A DNA stretch of 64,000 bases from IMG/VR virus record IMGVR_UViG_3300031787_000005. The stretch is one strand, 5' to 3'. This stretch comes from a virus. Below, piece by piece: positions 18,589 through 26,618 of the stretch. The translations under genes were made by a program, and so were the position numbers. The stretch's first letter is position 1. The number at the start of each line of letters is the position of its first letter. The notes beneath the pieces were generated by a model. The model ran no database searches, was not told where the DNA came from, and was given only the letters and a program-made list of their open reading frames with translations.

Positions 18589-19863
18589 TTACCTCTGTTC
18601 AATCCAGTTCAGAACCGCAAGTGCTGCTTTGTTAGTATTAGGACTTGCACAAACAAGAGTATAAGTATCACTGATTGTTCCAATACCACTTCTACCCAAC
18701 TGAAGTGCTGCTTTAACATCAAGATCAACTAATGACCCACCACCAGCAATCACAAAACCACTCAAAAGATCAGTTCCACCAGATACTGCTGTTTGAGTTA
18801 TATTATACTGCATAAAGGAGTTTGGATCTGGATGATCTACCCAAGTCCCCCCAGTCAGTGTTGCATTCTCAAGAAGTTTCCAATACACATTCGTATTATC
18901 ATTGGTTGCTGCCTGTAATGATCTCAAAAGCATCACACCAGTTAGGTTATTAGATTTGAGACGAAGACTTATAATTGGATAAAATGTATTTGCCGCTGCC
19001 ATCGTTGTCCCTGTGATGGGATTTGATATACTCAAAAGAGTTCCAAGTTTTTCTGGTTCTCCTTCCTGAATCAGAGAATTAGAACCCTGATACATGTAAT
19101 GAGTTCCTGCAACACCAGTTACATTTTCTATCTCAAGTCTGATTGGTAAGAATGGAGTAGAACACCACACTCCTGGATTTGTATTTGAGTTCTCAAAAGT
19201 ATGAGATACAACAGTCTCATTCTTCATCAACCAAGCAAATTGTACTATACCTGCACCATACCATTCATAATTGATGGAAATCATTTGTTGTTTTGTTGGA
19301 TCTGCGGTCACTCCAGTCCAACCATTTCCATCAAACTTCTCACCATTCCAATCATCTCTGTATACTCTGGTTTCTGTAGTAATTCCAGTTACACTACTGC
19401 GAATTACATAAGAATATGTTCCTCCATTATCCTCAAAGAATGCACCATTATAATCATCAAACAATCCAAATCTTCTGCGAATACCTACCTGTGGAGTATC
19501 AAGACGAATCGCAAATGCAAGAGTTGCACTTCTACCAGGAATGTATCTCATCACATTCTTGGTTTGACGAATAACTTTACTACCAGCAGTAGAACCAACT
19601 TGCATCACAATATTACTGGAATTTGCATTAAATGTTGCAGTTCCTACTCCAACTACTCTTTCATCCCATACATCAGTCTCTTTACCGTACTGAAAAGTGT
19701 TAAAGAATACTGTTTGATACGGAGCAACTTTGAGACGATTGTTGTTAGAAAACTGAGGTCTCCAGTCTGTCTGGTTTCCCCAATGATCTGCGATATTAAA
19801 AACCTCAAAGAGACTTCTCTCTTGATCTAAGAAGTCTTGTGTTTTCTTATTCCACTGTGCCAT
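18589..19863 (-). CDS. Hypothetical beta-rich, probably virion-associated protein, 424 aa
   Basis: ORF track; in the late operon between gp16 and gp17. Confidence 0.75.
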   Translation of the reverse strand: MAQWNKKTQDFLDQERSLFEVFNIADHWGNQTDWRPQFSNNNRLKVAPYQTVFFNTFQYGKETDVWDERVVGVGTATFNANSSNIVMQVGSTAGSKVIRQTKNVMRYIPGRSATLAFAIRLDTPQVGIRRRFGLFDDYNGAFFEDNGGTYSYVIRSSVTGITTETRVYRDDWNGEKFDGNGWTGVTADPTKQQMISINYEWYGAGIVQFAWLMKNETVVSHTFENSNTNPGVWCSTPFLPIRLEIENVTGVAGTHYMYQGSNSLIQEGEPEKLGTLLSISNPITGTTMAAANTFYPIISLRLKSNNLTGVMLLRSLQAATNDNTNVYWKLLENATLTGGTWVDHPDPNSFMQYNITQTAVSGGTDLLSGFVIAGGGSLVDLDVKAALQLGRSGIGTISDTYTLVCASPNTNKAALAVLNWIEQR

Positions 19864-19865
19864 AA

Positions 19866-20180
19866 TTAATCAGTCCAAGTTAGTCTTTCTGGTTGATATC
19901 TTTGTGAATTTTTGATTCTTAAAGAACTTTGAGCTTGTGATGGATAAATGTTATGGACGATTGCTCCAGGATATTCACCCTGAAGTTGTTCTGCAAGAGC
20001 ATTCTTATCCATCATAGAACCTTCTACTTCAATGCGATATAGTTTTCCTTCCCAAACTACATCAGCAAGGAAAGATTCTGTTGCTTGCTCTGGTTGAGAT
20101 CCACCATTCATATAGAGATTTCCATTGAAATCTCCGGCGATATTGATGCTTTCTGATAAGAATTGTTGAAAAGATTTCAT
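19866..20180 (-). CDS. Hypothetical protein with IP-like N-terminus (MKSFQQFLSES)
   Basis: ORF track; N-terminus resembles the T4 internal-protein capsid targeting sequence. Confidence 0.75.
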   Translation of the reverse strand: MKSFQQFLSESINIAGDFNGNLYMNGGSQPEQATESFLADVVWEGKLYRIEVEGSMMDKNALAEQLQGEYPGAIVHNIYPSQAQSSLRIKNSQRYQPERLTWTD

Positions 20181-20181
20181 T

Positions 20182-21675
20182 TTAGTTACAGTTCCAACGA
20201 CGAAGGGCTTTGTTGATGTTTGAATCTGAATCTCTTGCGGTTTCTGCAGAAGTAAGTTTCTCTTTCATTCCACTCATTCTACGGCAAAATGAAGCACGAC
20301 GTTTTGCTCTTTTACCTTTTGGTTTCTTTTCGGTTACTGCGGTCTGAAGTTTTGAACCTGGATTCTCGCGGCGGTATGCTTTTACAGCTTTCTGACTGAG
20401 ACCATCAGTTTTATCTTTACGATTAACTGATTGCCAATCTTCTGAAAGTTCTTCTCTCCAATTTGAGTATTCTTCTTTTACGCAATTTGGAACAATTTTT
20501 GGTCCTTTCTTTTTCATTCCAACTTGCTTGTATCCTTTCCAACAATCTTCGTCAACAACTGGTTGCATATGATTTGGTCCAACAATATCAATTACCTGTG
20601 CAAAAGTATTTCCGTTTGCATCTTCAATTGTTGTTGATTCATCAACTTTACCTTGTCCACTATCTAAGTAATCTGCGGCGGTATCAATATAATCTGCTGC
20701 TTTAGTGATCTTTGATTGTACCCATGCCTCAAGACTACCTTCACCTTTACCAACTTTTTTCTTCAATCTCTTTGCTGCTGAAATAATTGTTGAAAGTTCT
20801 GAACGAGCCATGGAATACTCATGGTCTTTTTCTTCATTAGCAGGATGAACCTGAGCAATACTAAATTTCATTTGGTTATCTGTTAAACCTTGTGCTGGTT
20901 GTGAATATGCTTCCCAGAACTTAGAACCATACTTGCATTCGGACTGCATCTCGTTCTTTTTACATCCTGGGCAATATCTAACCATCTCAACTGACTCTGA
21001 TTTATTGCCCCAATTTGCAGCGCCAACTTTACGACATTTGACAAGTGCTCCTGATGCATATGCACTTGGCCAAACACTATATCTCGACTTTACCTTGTTG
21101 TAGCAGGCATCTTTTTTTGCCTTCTTTTCTGCTTCTTGCAACTCAAGTTCTTCTTTCATTTTTTTCTTTGGTTTATCGGTCGAAACATAAGTTGGTTTTG
21201 CGGCACCAGATTTTTGTTGTTGACCTGGATCTGCTGATTTTTTTCTTCTTGCTGCCGAAAGTCTTTCTGCTTTTGACATGCTTGCTCTTTTTGCTGATGA
21301 AACGCATTTAGGAGTTCCTTCTTCCGGTTCATCACTTGCACATGTCCCACCAGTCACAACATTTACCCAACCTGGTTTTCCATCTTTTGATTTAGATTTG
21401 CCAAACCAATCACGAAGACCCTCCTCATTCATCTTTACATCTTTAAATTTTTTATGTTCTTTTTTTGCGGATGCTTCCATTTTTTTTAAACGAGTGTAAT
21501 AATCTGGAATTTCATCTAAATGTTGAAGGGCAATATCTTTTGCAAGTTCATGATCTTTAGTATGTTCGTGCTCAATTGGTTCTCCCATATCCAGTTGCTT
21601 TTGAATGAAAGAAACATCAAGACGATGCTTCTTTGCAATCTGCTCAACTGTTTTGTGAGACTTTAATTTATGCAC
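20182..21675 (-). CDS. Modular basic/acidic late protein, 497 aa (possible capsid-internal polyprotein)
   Basis: ORF track; distinct short modules separated by x-x-E linkers; TAAATA at 21700-21705. Confidence 0.75.
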   Translation of the reverse strand: MHKLKSHKTVEQIAKKHRLDVSFIQKQLDMGEPIEHEHTKDHELAKDIALQHLDEIPDYYTRLKKMEASAKKEHKKFKDVKMNEEGLRDWFGKSKSKDGKPGWVNVVTGGTCASDEPEEGTPKCVSSAKRASMSKAERLSAARRKKSADPGQQQKSGAAKPTYVSTDKPKKKMKEELELQEAEKKAKKDACYNKVKSRYSVWPSAYASGALVKCRKVGAANWGNKSESVEMVRYCPGCKKNEMQSECKYGSKFWEAYSQPAQGLTDNQMKFSIAQVHPANEEKDHEYSMARSELSTIISAAKRLKKKVGKGEGSLEAWVQSKITKAADYIDTAADYLDSGQGKVDESTTIEDANGNTFAQVIDIVGPNHMQPVVDEDCWKGYKQVGMKKKGPKIVPNCVKEEYSNWREELSEDWQSVNRKDKTDGLSQKAVKAYRRENPGSKLQTAVTEKKPKGKRAKRRASFCRRMSGMKEKLTSAETARDSDSNINKALRRWNCN

Positions 21676-21688
21676 AATATTAATCGAA

Positions 21689-22105
21689 TTACTCTTTATT
21701 ATTTAGAAAACCTTGTTTGAGTAGTTTTGATAACTCTGCAGTTGATCCAACAAACAATGCATTGTTAGTAACATTGTTGGTAGTCTTTGGAGAATCTTCT
21801 TCAACTTCCTTCAGTTTTTTCTGAAGATCAATCAATTTATCTGTAGTATCAGCGACATTTTTGATAAGTTGTCCCGCAACTTCATATGCTCTAGGACTAC
21901 CACCCTCACCAGCAAGTTCCATTATACCATTGATAGCTTCTTGACCTTTTTCGATCAAAGAATATAAATTGGCACGAGTATACTCATAATCTTTTTGTAT
22001 ATCATTATTAGTGTGGGATACATTTGCAATACTAGTATCCTCTGCTTTTACAATCTCAGTTTCTACATTCAGGGATTGACTGATTTTATCAAAAGTGTCA
22101 CTCAT
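21689..22105 (-). CDS. gp16: Terminase small subunit
   Basis: DYEYTRANLYSLIEKGQEAI, PRAYEVAGQLIK, NALFVGSTAEL. Confidence 0.9.
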   Translation of the reverse strand: MSDTFDKISQSLNVETEIVKAEDTSIANVSHTNNDIQKDYEYTRANLYSLIEKGQEAINGIMELAGEGGSPRAYEVAGQLIKNVADTTDKLIDLQKKLKEVEEDSPKTTNNVTNNALFVGSTAELSKLLKQGFLNNKE

Positions 22106-22114
22106 AACAATTCC

Positions 22115-22957
22115 TTAAATATCCGTCTGCAATGTTGGGCTATAAGTCTTCGAATCTGTAAAATCTTGCCATTCTTCATTAAATCCAAAATCATCATCTG
22201 GTTCTACAAATGGGTCATCTGCTGGAGTAATTTGCCCATCATTATTATAATCTTTAAGTGCTTTTGGTGTTGCTGTATATCTTACTTCTCTCTTTGCACT
22301 TGCAATATTTGTACTCGTTGCCATATCGACTTGGACTTTTTTGATAAGTCCTTCCGCAGTTTCTGCAATAGCTCCAAACAAATATGTTTTTGCGGTAAAT
22401 TGTAATGTATAAATTATTGCTCTTCTAGTCGAAAAATCTCCTTCATAATCATCTTGGAAACTAATGCTATCTAAGATAATAGGAATATCTCTTTTTTCTC
22501 CAATAGCATCGACAAGATCTATTGTAATTGTAAATGATGGTTGAAAGTATGGTAGTATCTGCTCAATTATTTGTAAAACATCATCATTTAATTTTGCTAG
22601 AATATTTAATTCAAATCCAATATTGTATGGCACGGGCATAAAAACTTTTTTAAGAGTTTGCCCATCAACAGCTTTAAATGTTTGAGTTACAGAAGTTTTT
22701 CTAGTTGCATCATATGTAATACTATTGTGCTCAAATGACATTCTTGGTAATGTTATTTGATATGGTCTATTTAAATCTTTTTGTTCTGTAATTCTTGCTA
22801 AGAACTTTTGGGCTGGACCATAATTCAATGGAACTCTAAGTTCACTTAAAACATTTGAATTTTCATCTTTATGCTTGATATGAATATCGTTAAACAGCGT
22901 ACCGAATCCAATTATAGTTTTTCTAATGATTTCGTGATAAAAATAATTCCCTAACAT
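22115..22957 (-). CDS. gp15: Tail sheath stabiliser/terminator
   Basis: YFYHEIIRKTIIGFGTLFN, LPRMSFE, VPYN, QILPYFQP. Confidence 0.93.
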   Translation of the reverse strand: MLGNYFYHEIIRKTIIGFGTLFNDIHIKHKDENSNVLSELRVPLNYGPAQKFLARITEQKDLNRPYQITLPRMSFEHNSITYDATRKTSVTQTFKAVDGQTLKKVFMPVPYNIGFELNILAKLNDDVLQIIEQILPYFQPSFTITIDLVDAIGEKRDIPIILDSISFQDDYEGDFSTRRAIIYTLQFTAKTYLFGAIAETAEGLIKKVQVDMATSTNIASAKREVRYTATPKALKDYNNDGQITPADDPFVEPDDDFGFNEEWQDFTDSKTYSPTLQTDI

Positions 22958-24447
22958 TAATAAACTCCAAATGGATTATCTTGAGTAAAATCAATAATAT
23001 CTATACCTTCATTTTCAATTTCATCATTTTGTGCGTAAGGATCTTCAGTGATAAAATCATCATATTTTCTAACAACCCAAGATGCGCTGGATGCAGATCC
23101 TACAATTGATTCTCCTCTAATAAATTCTCCAGATACAATTGATACTAATAATTGTTTACTATTTATGTCCCAATCTCTAACTCTTGCCTGAGCACCAGAT
23201 GTTGCACCAATAATAATTTCATTATACTGATAAGTTCCAACGCCAGCATTATTTGTAATTGCTGATGGTGGTGATATTGTAATCGTTGGTGAAATTAATC
23301 TCCCAAGATCATCATATTCTGGATTGTATCCATATCCAGCATCTCTTATGCCTAATGTGACTATTCCAACATTGGTCGTAGTTGAAACTCCTAATACATT
23401 GATAAGATTTGCTGCAATCACTGCATTTGTAGATCCTATTCCAGATAAAGTTGGTGATATAGTAACTGATGGTATTGTAAAATAACCTTTTCCAGAATTA
23501 GTAAGATATGCACTTGATATTCCGATTAAACCACTATCATTAACAATACATGTTGCTATGGCGCCAGATCCTTTTCCAGCGGCGCTCACAAATGTTAAAG
23601 TTGGTGGTTCGGTATATCCATATCCAGTGTTAGTAATTAAAACTTCATATATTGAATATGCGTCTCCAATAGAAGTCGTTATTGCAACTGCTTTTGCATT
23701 TGCTGCTGGAACTCCAACTGGGGAAGTTGAAATAGAAACCAATGGTGGTTCTATATATCCGTTTCCATCATTCAGTAGTACAATTTTTTGAACATATCCA
23801 GATCCAAAAGTTGTCACGCCAACCTTTCCAACCGCAGTTTGGGCATAATCATCGTCAATAAGATACAATGTTGTGGTAACATCTTTGATCAATTCATCAA
23901 CTTCTGCTACAGAGGTATCCATAATTTCATCTTCATATTCAAAGAGTTCGCATATTACTTCATAAACGTATGTTTTACCAAGTTGATAAAATGGTTTTTC
24001 ATGCTCAACAAACTTAACTTCGAACAATCTTTGTCCGAGTGGAAAATATATTAAATCACCTTCTCTAGGTCTTACTACCAATTCTTCATCTTCGTCATTG
24101 TATAATAAATTTGGATTATATATTGATGCCATAATGGGACCAATAAATTCTTCAAATCTTTCTTTCGAGATAGTTAAAGTAACCTCATCTCTCAAAGAAA
24201 CTCCAAATTTAGTCATGATATCTCCAGCACCAGCATATCCTTCATAATTATTGACATATGCTTCAATAATGAAGTTATCATCAAACTTCGATGATTGAAC
24301 TTCTCTTAGAACTTTATCAGTTCTAATCATTTTTCTTGGGATATACATCACATCAATACCATAGATCTTCAACTGCTCGTTTATTAGATCTTGGACAAGA
24401 TTTTGTTCAGAAGATAATCCTTGACTAAAAAATGGATTTAATGCCAT
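22957..24447 (-). CDS. gp14: Neck protein (extended form)
   Basis: MALNPFF, EQNLVQDLINEQLKIYG, PREGDLIYFP, C-terminal NPFG; internal repeat insertion. Confidence 0.9.
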   Translation of the reverse strand: MALNPFFSQGLSSEQNLVQDLINEQLKIYGIDVMYIPRKMIRTDKVLREVQSSKFDDNFIIEAYVNNYEGYAGAGDIMTKFGVSLRDEVTLTISKERFEEFIGPIMASIYNPNLLYNDEDEELVVRPREGDLIYFPLGQRLFEVKFVEHEKPFYQLGKTYVYEVICELFEYEDEIMDTSVAEVDELIKDVTTTLYLIDDDYAQTAVGKVGVTTFGSGYVQKIVLLNDGNGYIEPPLVSISTSPVGVPAANAKAVAITTSIGDAYSIYEVLITNTGYGYTEPPTLTFVSAAGKGSGAIATCIVNDSGLIGISSAYLTNSGKGYFTIPSVTISPTLSGIGSTNAVIAANLINVLGVSTTTNVGIVTLGIRDAGYGYNPEYDDLGRLISPTITISPPSAITNNAGVGTYQYNEIIIGATSGAQARVRDWDINSKQLLVSIVSGEFIRGESIVGSASSASWVVRKYDDFITEDPYAQNDEIENEGIDIIDFTQDNPFGVY

Positions 24448-24451
24448 AATA

Positions 24452-25288
24452 TCATCCTATCATATCTAGAGGTGGTAATTCGTACTCTAGCGCCATTCTT
24501 TGCTTCAAGTCTAAAAGTTCTCTCTCAGCATCATCATAGAGTTCTCTCCCATTTAGTTCTATACCACCAGGAAGTTTAACTCCCCTAAATTTAATTAGAT
24601 TTTGTCCCCATTGCTTTTTAATTAAAGCTGTTAGATATTTTTTTAAGAAACTATCATTATAAACTTTAGTGAAGTTATTTGGATCTAATATTCTATAGCA
24701 CTCAAGAACAATCCAAGTATCTTTGGATTTTGCACCCCAATCGATGTCTAAGTACAATCTATTTTGCCTTTTATTAAATCTTATTTGCTTGTCTGTACTT
24801 AGCAGAAAATCAATATCTTCAAGATAACTCTTTACCATTGCATACTGCAATAATTCAACAGAATTGAAGTAGTAAAGATCGTTTAAGAATAGTTGATATT
24901 TAATACTAAACATTCCAGCAGAAATTGAACTCGTATCAAATTTAAAAACTTTTTCAACTCCAATAACTGAGTCTGGAACTTGAATATAATTTGATGACTC
25001 ATAAAAATTAAAAGATGTACTCGCCACACCAACAGAAGTTCCAGATGTTGTCACAACACCAACTCCATCTGGCGCCTTTGCTCTTCCCCTATCTAAATCT
25101 GCTTGAGTTATTTTGTACTTCAAATACATTTTCTCCACACCATCAAAGTGGCGCTCATGGAAATACTGCAAAGCATCATCAACTAAATCATCTATTTGTT
25201 CATCAGCAACGTTGATTTCTAAAACTGGTGCTCCAAGTTGCCTTAGGCAATAATCAATTAATCCTTGTCTTGTAGATGCTTGTGCCAT
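24452..25288 (-). CDS. gp13: Neck protein
   Basis: YCLRQLGAPVLEINV, KKQWGQNLIKF, LPGGIELNG. Confidence 0.94.
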   Translation of the reverse strand: MAQASTRQGLIDYCLRQLGAPVLEINVADEQIDDLVDDALQYFHERHFDGVEKMYLKYKITQADLDRGRAKAPDGVGVVTTSGTSVGVASTSFNFYESSNYIQVPDSVIGVEKVFKFDTSSISAGMFSIKYQLFLNDLYYFNSVELLQYAMVKSYLEDIDFLLSTDKQIRFNKRQNRLYLDIDWGAKSKDTWIVLECYRILDPNNFTKVYNDSFLKKYLTALIKKQWGQNLIKFRGVKLPGGIELNGRELYDDAERELLDLKQRMALEYELPPLDMIG

Positions 25289-25878
25289 CAGTAAAATCCT
25301 CCATCTATACTATCAGTCCAAACTGGAATGTTACTTTCATTGGTTGTTAATAGTAAATTAGTTGTTTGGATACCAACAGAAGGAGTTGCAGTTGCTACTA
25401 TTTCTGCGTTTGGTCCAAAGTATGCAATTCCATAAGTATTTCCAACACCTGCTTGTACAGTTGTAATGCCAGTTAGTGCTAGATTATCAACATGTAATGA
25501 TTTCCATCTTTGAGATGGTGATCCCAAATCATATGTATTATCTAAGTTTGGAACAATATTAGAGTTAACTTCTCCAGTAAATACAATGTTATCTGTATTT
25601 GTATTACCAAGTCCTAAAACGCCACCATAAAAAATAGTATTACCAATAAATCTAGATGTTCCTTCTACTTGAAAATCATTTTGAACATAAACATCATCCC
25701 AAAACGTTGTTATTCCCAGAAAATCAGCAGGACCATCAACAGTTAAATCTGTAGTGGTTACAATACCACCAGTGACATTTGTTGCATTAATTGCAAGAAT
25801 AGGTAAATCAGGAGCACCAAAAGCTGTGATAACTTTTATTCTATTTTCTTGTCCTATCCGTACCGGTATTCTAGGCAT
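25288..25878 (-). CDS. Hypothetical virion structural protein (fibre-like)
   Basis: ORF track; Thr/Gly-rich beta-strand composition; late operon. Confidence 0.65.
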   Translation of the reverse strand: MPRIPVRIGQENRIKVITAFGAPDLPILAINATNVTGGIVTTTDLTVDGPADFLGITTFWDDVYVQNDFQVEGTSRFIGNTIFYGGVLGLGNTNTDNIVFTGEVNSNIVPNLDNTYDLGSPSQRWKSLHVDNLALTGITTVQAGVGNTYGIAYFGPNAEIVATATPSVGIQTTNLLLTTNESNIPVWTDSIDGGFY

Positions 25879-26216
25879 CAGTAAGTAACTCCTTTTCTTA
25901 CAAATACCATTCCTTCAACGACCTTAGTTTTTTTTGTTCCATCGTTTAAAACTACATCATATACATATCTACCTTCTTTCAATGTAGCAGTTTGATTTGC
26001 AGTTAAACTTATGGAAATAACACCCTCACTAACGACTACAAAACTTACCGCAAAACCAATTTTATTAGTGCTATAAGGATGTTTTCCTAATTTAGCTTCA
26101 CCGGTAAAACCACTAAGGTTTAGAGCACTATTACCAGAACTACTAGCCAAGGTAAAGATTTGTTCAAAGTCTGTTCCTGTATTAATTACTAAATTGTTAA
26201 CATAAACAGCAGACAT
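25878..26216 (-). CDS. Hypothetical virion structural protein (Ig/BppU-like)
   Basis: NLVINTGTDF, EGRYVYDVVL pattern; TAAATA at 26230 and 26239. Confidence 0.65.
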   Translation of the reverse strand: MSAVYVNNLVINTGTDFEQIFTLASSSGNSALNLSGFTGEAKLGKHPYSTNKIGFAVSFVVVSEGVISISLTANQTATLKEGRYVYDVVLNDGTKKTKVVEGMVFVRKGVTY

Positions 26217-26241
26217 TTGAATACTTAAGTATTTAAACTAT

Positions 26242-26421
26242 TTATGATGGATCTAGATTTAGATCAAGCAACACTTCTTGTTGCTTCATGTACAATTTTA
26301 TATACGATTTTGTCATATTTTTAAGTAATTCTACATCATCACATTCATCGATTTCTCGACTAATCCTTTCATATTCAAAAAGTTTGTTGACATTACTTAA
26401 AGTAATTTTATTTGGATCCAT
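26242..26421 (-). CDS. 59-aa helical protein, NblA-like (MDPNKITLSNVNKLFEYERISREIDECDDVELLKNMTKSYIKLYMKQQEVLLDLNLDPS)
   Basis: Hand-translated, below the track cutoff; size and two-helix pattern resemble NblA; not verified by HMM. Confidence 0.55.
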   Translation of the reverse strand: MDPNKITLSNVNKLFEYERISREIDECDDVELLKNMTKSYIKLYMKQQEVLLDLNLDPS

Positions 26422-26608
26422 TGATCAACTCCTGTAACAATGATTTAATTTCAGAAAGTTCTGATTTGAGATTTTCTATCTCATCTTTTTCACTCCTCTT
26501 TTTATTTTTTATAGTAAGATATTTTGCATATTCTGCAGTATCACAATTTACAATTGCCCCCGTTTCGGGGTCACGATATAAATTTTTATGTCCTTCAACT
26601 CTTAACAT
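26408..26608 (-). CDS. Small hypothetical protein (VEGHKNLYRDPETGAIVN)
   Basis: ORF track; coupled to the VrlC-like gene. Confidence 0.7.
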   Translation of the reverse strand: MLRVEGHKNLYRDPETGAIVNCDTAEYAKYLTIKNKKRSEKDEIENLKSELSEIKSLLQELINGSK

Positions 26609-26618
26609 AATTTAAATC

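Noticed and set aside
19201-19830. 209-aa plus-strand ORF
   Set aside because: Antisense shadow of the 424-aa late gene.
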